Shown: positions 1-9,554, counted from the stretch's first letter. The stretch: 64,000 bases of DNA from an uncultured Gemmatimonadota bacterium (GCA_951812955.1 OX638340.1:3008001-3072000); one strand, 5' to 3'. Made by a program: numbers and translations. The notes: generated by a model from the letters alone, not told the origin.

Positions 1-221
1 CCCTTGCGCAGCCTGGGGATCTGCTCATCATACGGGGCGTCATCGCCTTCATGGCCATGGGACTCTTCTGTCCCGGACTGATCTACCTGAATTACGTGCT
101 CGTCCCCCGGGCTTTCCCTTCGTGGACCAAACCCCATCCCCTCACCCGGGTCATCATGGTCGCCATCACCGCGACCTATATCTCCATCGGGCTCTGGTAC
201 ATATTCGTTCGCCTGATTTGA
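1..221 (+). CDS. C-terminal fragment of a hydrophobic membrane protein (partial; continues upstream of the window)
   Basis: Frame 3 is open from the window edge to TGA at 219-221. Translation ...LLIIRGVIAFMAMGLFCPGLIYLNYVLVPRAFPSWTKPHPLTRVIMVAITATYISIGLWYIFVRLI* is strongly hydrophobic (TM helices). It is absent from the ORF track only because it lacks an in-window start. Confidence 0.35.
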   Translation, partial: LAQPGDLLIIRGVIAFMAMGLFCPGLIYLNYVLVPRAFPSWTKPHPLTRVIMVAITATYISIGLWYIFVRLI

Positions 222-280
222 TCGTCCCTGCCACAAGCCGGAACCCGAGCCGGACCGGCGCAGTAATCGGCAGGTTTCGC

Positions 281-391
281 GGTTATCGCGGTGAGAACGC
301 GGTCCGGCGTGGTAACCATGCGCATTGGTCCGGCGCGGTAACGGCACGCATTGGTCCGGCGCGGAAACCATACGCATTGGCTCCGGCGGTC
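281..391. repeat. About 3.5 tandem copies of a 26-bp unit (ggtccggcg[t/c]gg[t/a]aac...cgcatt) in the convergent intergenic space
   Basis: Units at 301-326, 327-352 and 353-378 with a partial unit at 379-391, plus a degenerate copy at 281-300. They lie between the stop of the left-edge membrane ORF (221) and the stop of the minus-strand aminotransferase (392-394). Confidence 0.7.
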
Positions 392-1777
392 TTACACGGC
401 CGCAGGCGCCACCCGCGCGGTACGTTCCTCTGCGATCCGGAGTCCGGCCTCGATGATTTCCAGGGATTCGTCGATCTGGGCTTCGGTAATGGTGATCGGC
501 GGCATGAATCGCAGTACCTGGGAACCCGACAGTTCCATGAAGCGCAGGCTCAACGGATCCTTATTCTGCATCCTGGGCACGATGGGCAGCCAGAGTCCGT
601 TTTCGTAGCAGTACTCCGTCACCATGGCGGCCCCTTCGAAATTGGGCGTCCTACTCCGCTTGTCCGTCACCAGTTCGAGGCCGAGGCAGAGACCGAGCCC
701 CCGGGCTTCACCCACGATTTCGAGTTCATCTTCCAGCACCTTGAGCCGGTCCATGAAGTAGTTCCCCACGACCCGGGCGTTTTCCACCAGGTTTTCCCGG
801 TCGACGATTTCAATATTGGCCAGGCCGGTCTCGCAAAGGAGCGGGTCTCCGGCGTGGGACGAGAAGGGCATGAATCCCTTTGCCACCGCGGCGTCCGCGA
901 TCTCAGCGCTGGTCATGACCGCGCACAGGGGCACGGCGCCACCGAGTCCCTTGGAACAGGTGACGATATCGGGTACGAAATCGAAGTGCTCGAATGCAAA
1001 CCACTTGCCCGTCCGCCCGAAGCAGGTCAGGGCCTCGTCCGCCACCGTCAGGATATCCCGTTCCCGGCAGATTTCCACGATCCGCTGGATCCACTCCTTT
1101 GACGGCACGATCTGTCCCGCCGCGCTCATCAAGGGTTCGAAGAAGAAGGCCGCGGGCCGTCCGGAAGTCGACGAGTCGATCACGTTCTCGGCCGCGTCGG
1201 CGCATCCCAGGTTGCAGCAGGCTTCATCCCGGCAGAACTGGCAGCGGTACTCGTAGGGCGTCGGGATGAACGAGGCGCCCGTGGGCATCGGTCCGTACCC
1301 TTCCCGTAGCATGCCGCCCCGTCCGGTGATGGACGCGCTGCCGTAGGACTGGCCGTGGTAGCCGCGCATGAGGGCGATCACCTCGAACCGGTCCGTGTAT
1401 TTCCGCACTAGGCGCAGCGCCATTTCGTTGGATTCGGATCCCGTGCAGGCGAAGAAGGACTTCTGTAACGGGTCCGGCGCGATCTCGGCCATCTTCTTGG
1501 CCAGCAGCACCTCGGACGGCGCGATGAAGGTCGTTCCCACCTGGATGATCTTGTGGGCCTGATCGCAGAGGGCCTTCACGTATTCCGGGTGGGAATGGCC
1601 CAGGGTTACGCACAGTTGACCCGATTGAAAATCGATGAATCGCCGGCCTTCCACGTCCCACATGTAAAGCCCGTCGCCGCGCTCGGGCACCAGGGGCGCG
1701 GTACGCATCGGATGTCTCAACAGGTACTGGTTGCCGAGTTCAAGCCAGCCCGCATTTGTGGTGGGTAGCGACGCCAT
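392..1777 (-). CDS. Class III (PLP-dependent) aminotransferase, omega-aminotransferase / GSA-aminomutase-like
   Basis: 461 aa. N-terminus resembles class III aminotransferases (..LCVTLGHSHPEYV..). The PLP-lysine context CSKGLGGAVPL is present. It contains an unusual Cys-rich insert YEYRCQFCRDEACCNLGCADAAE. High-GC codon usage. Confidence 0.8.
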   Translation of the reverse strand: MASLPTTNAGWLELGNQYLLRHPMRTAPLVPERGDGLYMWDVEGRRFIDFQSGQLCVTLGHSHPEYVKALCDQAHKIIQVGTTFIAPSEVLLAKKMAEIAPDPLQKSFFACTGSESNEMALRLVRKYTDRFEVIALMRGYHGQSYGSASITGRGGMLREGYGPMPTGASFIPTPYEYRCQFCRDEACCNLGCADAAENVIDSSTSGRPAAFFFEPLMSAAGQIVPSKEWIQRIVEICRERDILTVADEALTCFGRTGKWFAFEHFDFVPDIVTCSKGLGGAVPLCAVMTSAEIADAAVAKGFMPFSSHAGDPLLCETGLANIEIVDRENLVENARVVGNYFMDRLKVLEDELEIVGEARGLGLCLGLELVTDKRSRTPNFEGAAMVTEYCYENGLWLPIVPRMQNKDPLSLRFMELSGSQVLRFMPPITITEAQIDESLEIIEAGLRIAEERTARVAPAAV

Positions 1778-2088
1778 GATCCGTCTCCTGGAGTAAATGA
1801 CCTTGGGGAATTTGCTCCCGATTTTCGGGTAGGAAAGGGTAAGGGCATGCTAAATCACCGGGCAAGGCGTGTCAATACAATTCGCCGGTGCCGGAGGCCT
1901 GAGAATGCGTTGCATTGCGGCTGGTCCCGCTCTATCTTCAATCAGAGCGGTATGGCGCGTTCTGTCAGAGGGACTATGCCGCGTTCGACCGAATGTCTTC
2001 GGACCACGAAAAAAACAGCCCCACCGATCGGATCGCATGATATTCGTGCATAACGCCATTTGAGAAAGTTTATGATGTCAGGGACGAT

Positions 2089-2427
2089 ATGGTGATCAAT
2101 TCAAGTAATGCAGAACATTACAAATGGGGCAAAGACTGTGATGGATGGCACCTCCTGAATACCACTTCCTTGAGCGTAATCAAAGAAAAGGTACCCAAGG
2201 GTGGCGTGGAAGAGATGCACTATCACATGTATGCACAGCAGTTATTCTATGTTTTGCAGGGTGTCGCCACCATTCAACTGAGGGAGGAGACCTACAGGGT
2301 GCCGCAAGGCGAGGCAGTACATGTCCCACCGAATACGCCGCACCGATTGGAGAACGCCGGGGAAGAAGACCTCGAATTCCTCGTCATATCTCAACCCCAT
2401 AGTCACACTGACAAGATAAAGCGCTGA
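2089..2427 (+). CDS. Cupin-domain protein (small, single cupin_2 barrel)
   Basis: 112 aa with a G(X)5HxH...E...PxGxxH-like two-motif cupin signature (EEMHYHMYAQQLFYVLQG ... VHVPPNTPHRLEN). GC is markedly lower (~45%) than flanking genes (~63%). Confidence 0.6.
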   Translation: MVINSSNAEHYKWGKDCDGWHLLNTTSLSVIKEKVPKGGVEEMHYHMYAQQLFYVLQGVATIQLREETYRVPQGEAVHVPPNTPHRLENAGEEDLEFLVISQPHSHTDKIKR

Positions 2428-2487
2428 CTTCAGGGGAACCGCGAGCGAGTTCATCGGATACCAAACCTTGAAACACCCTTTAAACCT

Positions 2488-3582
2488 ATGAAAACCTATC
2501 GCGTGGGAATCATCGGCCTGGGTCGCATGGGCAGTACCATCGACGACGAGGGCCACACACCCCTTCCTTACTCCATTGCCGCAGCCTGCCGGGCGAGTGA
2601 ACGGCTGGAAATCGCCGCGGGCTGCGACCTTCTGCCGGAACGCAGAGGGGATTTCACCCGGCGCTGGCGCGTCCATGCCGTGTACGAGGACTACACGGAA
2701 ATGGTCCGGGAGGAGCGACCGGATCTCGTCGCCGTATGCACCACCGCATCGGGCCTGCAGAAACCTGCCAGGGAGGCGCCCGACGCTTCGTTCCGTGGAG
2801 ATTCCCACGCCGAACTGGCCGTCGCGCTGGCTGAAATGGGCGTGCCGATGATCTACGTGGAGAAGGCCATGGCCAGCTCCATGGCGGCGGCGGACCGCAT
2901 TCGGGACGCCGTGAAGAAAAACGGCACGGTATTCAATACGGGTGTATTGAGGAGGTTCGACAACCGGTACGAGGTGGTCCGCAACGCTGTGCTTCGGGGG
3001 GATGTGGGCGAGCCCAGGGCGGCCATCCATTACGCGCAATCTTCCCTGATGCACGGCCACATACATTCCATCGATACCCTGTCCTGGCTGATCGGAGATC
3101 CCGCCATTTCGAGCGTTCGCGGTGAAATCGCGCCCAGGGATTACGTCATAGAAAACGACCATATTCCCTACGATCCGACCGCGACCTACGAACTGATGTT
3201 CGAGAACGGTGTACGGGCGTGGTCGATTCCCGCGGCGGGATGGGAGTACGAGATCATCGGGACCGAAGGGACCATCCGGTCCCTGAACAACGGGGCCGGC
3301 GCCTCGTTAAGAAGGGTTCCGCCGGGAGACGGACACGAGCGCAAGGGGCGCAGCAACTGGGAAGAGGCGCCTTTCGATTTCGTAACGCCAAAGAGCACCG
3401 TCGTATCCTGCCTCGAAGATCTTGTTAACGCATATGAGACGGGCCGCAAGAGCCTGGGGAACATCGAAACAGCCCACCACATCACGGAAGCCTGCATCGC
3501 CGTCGCCGAAAGCCATCGTCGCGGCGGTGCCTGGGTTGAACTACCGCTGGCTGGCCGGGACCTCTACATCTGGCACGTTTGA
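2488..3582 (+). CDS. Gfo/Idh/MocA-family NAD(P)-dependent oxidoreductase
   Basis: 364 aa. N-terminal Rossmann motif YRVGIIGLGRMGS and the family-typical EKAMA..S segment (VEKAMASSMAAADRIRDA). Confidence 0.8.
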   Translation: MKTYRVGIIGLGRMGSTIDDEGHTPLPYSIAAACRASERLEIAAGCDLLPERRGDFTRRWRVHAVYEDYTEMVREERPDLVAVCTTASGLQKPAREAPDASFRGDSHAELAVALAEMGVPMIYVEKAMASSMAAADRIRDAVKKNGTVFNTGVLRRFDNRYEVVRNAVLRGDVGEPRAAIHYAQSSLMHGHIHSIDTLSWLIGDPAISSVRGEIAPRDYVIENDHIPYDPTATYELMFENGVRAWSIPAAGWEYEIIGTEGTIRSLNNGAGASLRRVPPGDGHERKGRSNWEEAPFDFVTPKSTVVSCLEDLVNAYETGRKSLGNIETAHHITEACIAVAESHRRGGAWVELPLAGRDLYIWHV

Positions 3583-3657
3583 ATGCTCGATCGGAAGAAC
3601 ACGGGCTGACAAGGCAGCAATCGATTACACTAGTCGGACTAAAAGAGCGGGCTGTTC

Positions 3658-3873
3658 TCACTGACGACTATTGGAATCGTTGTACGTTACGAGGTCCGCG
3701 ATCGCAATCCGGATCATTCGGATGTCTTCCTTGATGTCTTCAAGCGTCGTTTTTACTCCACTTTCAAACCCCTCTCTCTTCCCCATCCAAAGGCACAGTT
3801 TTACTATAGCCCCGATTATAGCGATCAACAGTACGGTAACAACCGCCGGCAACCACGAAGGCATCGATTCCAT
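3658..3873 (-). CDS. Small single-pass membrane protein (hypothetical)
   Basis: 71 aa with one TM helix (SWLPAVVTVLLIAIIGAIVKLCLWM) and a charged tail. A good SD (AAAGGAAA) sits 6 nt upstream of the ATG. It lies inside an ~870-bp low-GC, otherwise non-coding tract (3590-4460). Confidence 0.4.
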   Translation of the reverse strand: MESMPSWLPAVVTVLLIAIIGAIVKLCLWMGKREGFESGVKTTLEDIKEDIRMIRIAIADLVTYNDSNSRQ

Positions 3874-4462
3874 CGGGTTTCCTTTCTGAGCAAATTTACC
3901 GTTCCGTGCGAAGGTTCACGAGAAGAATAGCTTGATCAGGATCGCGACGGTCATGACCGACTGGCCAATTGCTACCGTTTCGATGCGGGATAGGCGCTTG
4001 TCTCTATCTTTTCAATGATACCTTCCAGGCGTCCGATACGTCCTTCATGGTTCGTACTTTCGGCCGGCATGAACCAGTTTCATTCCTTCGGTGGCACTCG
4101 TTGTGCGGTGCAGAAGGTTTGAATTACAAGTTTCCCTGACCTCGTCTACTTTGTTTCCACCCTGTTTAAAAACCCCGTATATCCCGGAGTTTCTCACTTA
4201 TTTCAGCTTGCAGGCTACCCATTTCAGTTCCCATACACTTCGTCATACGCCCACGATGTCAGAGGTTCCTTTTTCCCTTAGTCGGGGAATGGCCTTGAAT
4301 CTCGTAATTAAAAAATGAAATCTCAGCGTACCGTTAAGTCGTCCGTGTTATCCTGGTCTTGTGGTCTTTAAAAGCGCTGGATAGAACCTCGTAGAATCAA
4401 AAGTGTCTTGGGCGGTCCATTGATTTGTAAGCGCATAGGTATTGCCCGATATTGGAAAGAAT

Positions 4463-5179
4463 TCATTGTCTTGAATGAAGTCTCTCAGGCAAGGGAAGAT
4501 TGGATTCCACCTGTACCAACCGGTCTTCTTCCAATACGTATCCACTCAGGGACCCGCCATAGACACATCCCGTGTCCAAGCCGATCACGTAAGGCGAACC
4601 GTCTCCCCGGCGTTTGGCGACAAGGCCGCCAGGCGCGTCGTGGCCGAAAATGATTAGTTTACCCGAGGGCTCATAGGCGTCATGCCATCTCGGTCCCACG
4701 ATGCCTTCCACGGGAGGCCAGGTTCGGATGACGAGAAACTCGTCCCGGGTAGTCCCTTGCAGGCCTTTTACCGGGTTGATGCCCGCGTGGACCAGGAGGA
4801 AATCGGGTTCGTCGATCCACAAGGGAAGCGATTCCAGCCAGGGGATCAGGGCTTCCGCGAAGGGTGCGAGGGCTTCCAGGGTTTGACGGTATACATGCCA
4901 TTTTACGGGCACCGGCTCTCCGGACAGGTGCCTGCGTAGCCGATCCGGCAGCCTGACATCGTGGTTGCCGAGGACCATCCTGGCATTGGTATCCTGGATC
5001 AGCTTCCACACTGCGACGGGATCCGGACCCTTGGTAAAAGCGTCGCCCGTCAGATAGAGGAGATCCGTATCCCGCTGGAATTCCAGTTTGGAGATCAGTT
5101 GTTCGAATTCACGGGCGCAGCCGTGAATGTCGCCGATGAACAGGGTACGCAAGGGAATACAGGACTCCGGAATGATCAA
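4463..5179 (-). CDS. Calcineurin-like metallophosphoesterase (ApaH / PrpE-type bis(5'-nucleosyl)-tetraphosphatase-like)
   Basis: 238 aa. Shows the GDIHG, GDAFTKG(P) and GNHD metallophosphatase motifs and a C-terminal GLDTGCVYGG motif typical of ApaH-like enzymes. Confidence 0.75.
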   Translation of the reverse strand: MIIPESCIPLRTLFIGDIHGCAREFEQLISKLEFQRDTDLLYLTGDAFTKGPDPVAVWKLIQDTNARMVLGNHDVRLPDRLRRHLSGEPVPVKWHVYRQTLEALAPFAEALIPWLESLPLWIDEPDFLLVHAGINPVKGLQGTTRDEFLVIRTWPPVEGIVGPRWHDAYEPSGKLIIFGHDAPGGLVAKRRGDGSPYVIGLDTGCVYGGSLSGYVLEEDRLVQVESNLPLPERLHSRQ

Positions 5180-5395
5180 TACACCGGTATATACGGATGG
5201 ATACGACGGCCCAAATTACGTCTACCGGAGAAAACGGAAGGCCTTAGATAATGGAAGACCGGTAATTTCGACATCCTGAATTATAACCGCGCGACTCGGG
5301 GAGGGTCAAGAGAATGAACTGCCAGGTAGGGCTCAGTTTGGAATGTTGCGACTGGCTCGTTACAGAACAACGCTCCCTATAATCGTTGAATACAG

Positions 5396-5433
5396 AAAAG
5401 CCCCGCTAACTGCAACGGGGCTTTTCCTTTTTT
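5396..5433. terminator. GC-rich palindromic hairpin with flanking T/A tracts (bidirectional intrinsic-terminator-like; repeat copy Y1)
   Basis: aaaagccccg-ctaactgcaa-cggggctttt followed by cctttttt on the + strand and preceded by ttgaatacagaaa (U-rich when read on the minus strand). It lies ~230 bp 3' of the collagen-like gene stop. Confidence 0.5.
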
Positions 5434-5664
5434 CGGGACCGATCGCCCTTTTCAGTGGCCGAAGCTCCTACTCAGGGCGAACGGGAAGGTGTAACGAAAT
5501 GACCGAGACAAATGCAGGGCGGATACTGAATCGATTGCTTGCCCTGTCGGGATAACTTCCGGGGGTCACTCGATACTTGGTCTGATGGGGTACATGAGAA
5601 GGTACCCCATCTCGCCACAGGAGTCTGTCAGCGCCCTGTCTACGGGACCCGGATTATCCCGATG

Positions 5665-7188
5665 TTAACTATCCAGCGGCGCCGTGATAGCTACCGTGAA
5701 ATGAATGCGCTTGGATACCGCACCATTTACCTTCAGTTCAACGATATAGTTCTTGGACTCTGCCCCGTCCGCGCCAATACCCACTGGGCCATTTGCTATT
5801 GGCGCACTGCTATCATTCGCGATCGGGTCTGAGTCATCGAAATTCTGCGCCGTAACCGTCACAGTAACTACACCGCCTGCTGCCGTTTCTGTGGCAACTA
5901 ACCCAACTGTTTCGGCCTTATTGCCACTGGTGACGGTGACGCCTAATGCGTTTTCATCGAAACCATCGATTCGTGCGTCAGAAATCGCATTATACAGTTC
6001 GACGGTAAACGTGGTGGAAGTGTTTCCGTCCTTCCACGCCGCCGTAGCCTGGTCTCGTTCCCACGTGAAGGTGCGAGTTTCCGGCTCGGTGTAGATTATG
6101 TCACGTGTGATGCTGGAACCGGAAACGCTGATATCGACGGAAGCCGACGAACCTTCGATAGTAGCTGAAATGGTAGCATCGCCACTGCTCTTTCCGGAGA
6201 TTGTTGCCGCGGCCCCGGCGGCCATCACAAACTTACCTGCCATTTCATGGCCTTTGGGGTGTTTATCGGCGCCAACACCAGCAGAGCCCGTATCACTAGC
6301 CCATTCGTAATTACCCATAGCACCCAAATTGGGTACCGCCTTATCGTCAGAATCAAGCGCACTGGCAGTAATCTTTGTGGTTTCACCGATGGCCAACGGG
6401 ATCAGGCTATCCTTGCTGAGCTTGACCTTGGCAACCGCATTGGAAACATTCACCGACAACTCACCGGCAACGAGATGGGTAGGTGACTTGAAGGATACCA
6501 TCGATGGACTGTACCCGTCATCTGCATCATAATTCGATGCAAGAGCAGTAATTACCCCATCTTCAACTGAAATACCCTCCTCTTCCTCGTCGATAGACCA
6601 AACCAGGTCAGCGCCTTCAATTATGCTGCCATCCTGTGTGCGGACTGCAGCTTTCACTGTAGCTTCCTGGCCTACTCTGAGAAGGATGCTCGTGCCGTCT
6701 CCAATTCTTGCCGGAGTAAGTTCTTCCAAAGCACCATACGCTTCGGACGAGTGCTCAAGCACCATAGCAGCAACATGGTCTGCTGCCAAGATACCGAGAA
6801 TCTCTTCCGGGCTTAAACCAGGAGGCAGTGTAGCTGCTTCACCTTGCGGACCCTGCTCACCTTGCGGACCTGCCGGCCCCGTGGCACCATCAGCGCCATC
6901 AGCGCCATCAGCGCCTGCCGGACCTGCCGGCCCCGTGGCACCATCAGCGCCATCAGCGCCATCAGCGCCTGCCGGACCTGCCGGACCCGTGGCACCATCA
7001 GCACCTGCCGGACCTGCCGGACCCGTGGCACCATCAGCACCTGCCGGACCAGTCGAACCCTGCGGGCCTGCCGGACCTGCCGGACCGCCCGGACCGCCCG
7101 GACCGCTCGGACCCGCGGGGCCGGTCTTACCCTCGCATCCCATCAGGGACAAACCGAAGGCCAATACAGCAATTATGAGGTAATGCAT
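5665..7188 (-). CDS. Collagen-like triple-helix-repeat surface lipoprotein with C-terminal Ig-like (Big-type) beta-sandwich domains
   Basis: 507 aa. Signal peptide with lipobox (LSLMGC), then ~33 uninterrupted G-X-Y triplets ([30 protein letters not shown]...), then ~370 aa of Ser/Thr/Val-rich Ig-like repeats. Strong RBS (GGGAGAA) lies 8 nt 5' of the ATG. Confidence 0.8.
   Translation of the reverse strand: MHYLIIAVLAFGLSLMGCEGKTGPAGPSGPGGPGGPAGPAGPQGSTGPAGADGATGPAGPAGADGATGPAGPAGADGADGADGATGPAGPAGADGADGADGATGPAGPQGEQGPQGEAATLPPGLSPEEILGILAADHVAAMVLEHSSEAYGALEELTPARIGDGTSILLRVGQEATVKAAVRTQDGSIIEGADLVWSIDEEEEGISVEDGVITALASNYDADDGYSPSMVSFKSPTHLVAGELSVNVSNAVAKVKLSKDSLIPLAIGETTKITASALDSDDKAVPNLGAMGNYEWASDTGSAGVGADKHPKGHEMAGKFVMAAGAAATISGKSSGDATISATIEGSSASVDISVSGSSITRDIIYTEPETRTFTWERDQATAAWKDGNTSTTFTVELYNAISDARIDGFDENALGVTVTSGNKAETVGLVATETAAGGVVTVTVTAQNFDDSDPIANDSSAPIANGPVGIGADGAESKNYIVELKVNGAVSKRIHFTVAITAPLDS
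6840..7130. repeat. Higher-order (~54-bp) tandem nucleotide repeats encoding the collagen G-X-Y tract
   Basis: Near-perfect reiteration of gcaccatcagcgccatcagcgccatcagcgcctgccggacctgccgg[c/a]cccgtg within the CDS. Confidence 0.8.
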
Positions 7189-7697
7189 TGTGTTCTCCCG
7201 TTTATGGAAACACTACTAATTAGGATTGACGAAAATTACGAAACTTGCCTATATCGCCTCCTTTCCCGCTAATGGATCGGTTGACTTAAATGCATTACAA
7301 GACTGCTAATTACAGACTCCTAGACTGGCGGATTTCAGTCCGCATTTAGATACTTTTCCCCTTAAATATGGTTAAATTGAGCCATCAGGAAGTGGTTGGC
7401 TCTCTTGTCCGGTTGATGCAAACGAGCGCCACACACGGCTGCAATCAGCCACCACACCCTGTACTGGCTGGGAGGTAGGAATCGTGTTACGTCAGGCAGG
7501 ATCAGGTGCGTCAGGTAAGGGAAAACGGGGGTGTTGAGATAGGGCGAAGTTGTTACTATCTATCATATCTACTGCCAAGGTGAATTGGCTTGAGTCTACC
7601 CTGCACGCAGCATATATTGACACGTGAGGCATATATCGACGAGGCTGTTGAGACGCAGGAGAACCGGAGATTTACCTAAGCTTTAGCGAGGTTCGAT

Positions 7698-9272
7698 TTG
7701 CGCAGAATTGGCCTATTCGGCTGGGGCATCGTAGCGCCCCGTTCGCCCAACATGGAAGCCTTTTCCCGAAACCTGGAGCAGTCGGAAAGCTGGCTTGCGC
7801 CTTTCGAAGGGTTCGGCCCCAACAACTTCCTGGTCGGGGAACCCGAATTCGACTTCCGGGACTACCGGGAATGGATCGATGCCCGATTCCCGTCGAACCG
7901 GTACCCCCGCCTGGTCGACAAGATGGACCCCACCACGCTGCATGCAGTCGGAGCCTTCATCCAGGCGTTGGAACAGAATCCGGGACTGGAAGGGGAACTC
8001 AAGGCGCTGGGAACGGCCGCCCACGTGTACATTGGTACTGGTGTGGGCAATATCCCCACGATCAGCCGGATCAGTATGGAGCTGTACCGGGCCCAGCGCG
8101 CGTGGGACCGGTTCTGGGGTTCGGCCGAACGGAATGCCCGGCTTCGCGCGTATCTCACTCGGCATGACGACGAAGACGAGGGCGAAGCCATCCCGCCCCA
8201 TCCTGAAACCACACCTTCCGCGGCGCGAGACCAGGCCGAAGAATCATGGAATGTCTACTGGACGTCCCAGTCTGAAGAGTTGAGGTCATACCTGGAGACG
8301 CTCGCCAGGATCGAGGGGATGAACGTCGAGGGGACCGTCGAATCAGGCAAGCTGAAACTCATCCGCGAAAAGCAGCGCCGCAAGCAACAACTGCAGGACG
8401 ATTGGGGCGCGCCCGAACCGCCATGGGAATGCGTCTCGGCCGACCTGATCTGGAACATCCATAACACGCCCGCGTCGCAGGTCACCATGATGGGGCAGAT
8501 TCACGGGCTGTCTCTTGCGCCCGTGGCCGCCTGCTCCACCTTCGGCGTGTGCCTTAAACTCGGCATGGACGCCATCCGGCGCGGCGAAGCGAAGGCGGTC
8601 GTCGTCGGCGCCACCGATCCGCCGCCCACGGCCCTGCTGGTGGGCGCCTTCTACCGCGCCCGTGTTTCCGCTGCAGACGGCGCCGTTTCCAAACCCCTGA
8701 CCGGGCTGCGCGGCACCCACGTCTCGGGCGGCTCCGTGCTGTGGATCATCGGGGACTACGAATACATGACGGAGAAGGGGTTCAATCCGATCGGGATGGA
8801 GCCGCTGGCCGTGGGCGTCAGTTCCGACGCCGACCATATCATCACGCCATCGAAGGAAGGACCGCAGATAGCGGTCCACCAGGCTATTGCGGATGCCCGC
8901 GTCTCCCCCGAAGACATCGCCTCGTGGGACCTGCACGCGACGGCGACGCCCGGCGATTTCCTGGAAATGGAGAACCTGCTCGAAATGGTGCCCGGCTCCG
9001 TGACGGTTACCGCGCGGAAAGGCACCTTCGGCCATGGCATGAGCGCCGGAGGAGGGTGGGAACTGACGGCGCAATACCTCGGCTACGAACGGGGCGCGCT
9101 ATATCCCACGCCCCTTTCCCAAGACGAGGTGAATCCGGAAATCGGCGGACTTCACTCCCGGTTCGTCTACGATACATCCTGCCCGCTCCCCGAAGGTATC
9201 GCCGGCAAGCTGTCCATGGGGATCGGCGGCATCAACGCCTGTGTCATTTCCCGGCCGCTTAAAGATGACTGA
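7698..9272 (+). CDS. Beta-ketoacyl synthase (thiolase-fold condensing enzyme)-like protein with a large internal insertion; stand-alone
   Basis: 524 aa. KAS-I/II-like N-terminus (RRIGLFGWGIVAPRSPNMEAF). Active-site Cys context AACSTFG. Both catalytic His contexts are present (HATATPGDFLE, GHGMSAGGGWE), as is the C-terminal GIGGINACVI. A ~110-aa insertion (residues ~130-240) is not found in FabB/FabF. TTG start with GAGGT SD. No ACP, AT or KR genes nearby. Confidence 0.65.
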   Translation: MRRIGLFGWGIVAPRSPNMEAFSRNLEQSESWLAPFEGFGPNNFLVGEPEFDFRDYREWIDARFPSNRYPRLVDKMDPTTLHAVGAFIQALEQNPGLEGELKALGTAAHVYIGTGVGNIPTISRISMELYRAQRAWDRFWGSAERNARLRAYLTRHDDEDEGEAIPPHPETTPSAARDQAEESWNVYWTSQSEELRSYLETLARIEGMNVEGTVESGKLKLIREKQRRKQQLQDDWGAPEPPWECVSADLIWNIHNTPASQVTMMGQIHGLSLAPVAACSTFGVCLKLGMDAIRRGEAKAVVVGATDPPPTALLVGAFYRARVSAADGAVSKPLTGLRGTHVSGGSVLWIIGDYEYMTEKGFNPIGMEPLAVGVSSDADHIITPSKEGPQIAVHQAIADARVSPEDIASWDLHATATPGDFLEMENLLEMVPGSVTVTARKGTFGHGMSAGGGWELTAQYLGYERGALYPTPLSQDEVNPEIGGLHSRFVYDTSCPLPEGIAGKLSMGIGGINACVISRPLKDD

Positions 9273-9554
9273 CGGACGGAAATCCCTCCTGTCTTAGCTG
9301 AGATAACAAGGGCTCCCGGTTTGTCGGACGTGGGCAGGGCTCGATTTACGGGTTTTCCACCTGGTCGATGCAACTCTTTATGCCTTTATCCACGACAAGC
9401 TGGTGGCAACGCAATGGCGCCGTCTTTACCGCGCCAATAGCCCTCTTCGCACTAATGACTTATTTGCATGTTTCCATGATTTAACACTGCCAGCCCGTTC
9501 CGGAAACTGCCTCCGGCAGATCAGACGAAGTAAGGAAACAGCAGGAATAGTATA

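Noticed and set aside
122-1102. 326-aa plus-strand ORF, and many other long ORFs: 2242-3162(-), 8343-9074(-), 10272-11132(-), 11240-12469(+), 13848-14465(+), 23362-24504(-), 25591-26232(-), 35609-36616(+), 50515-52404(+), 53053-54534(+), 54622-56433(+), 59612-61138(+)
   Set aside because: All are antisense to, or out of frame with, well-supported conserved genes in GC-rich DNA, where stop codons are rare. Their translations are low-complexity (Arg/Pro/Gly-rich) with no recognisable domains.
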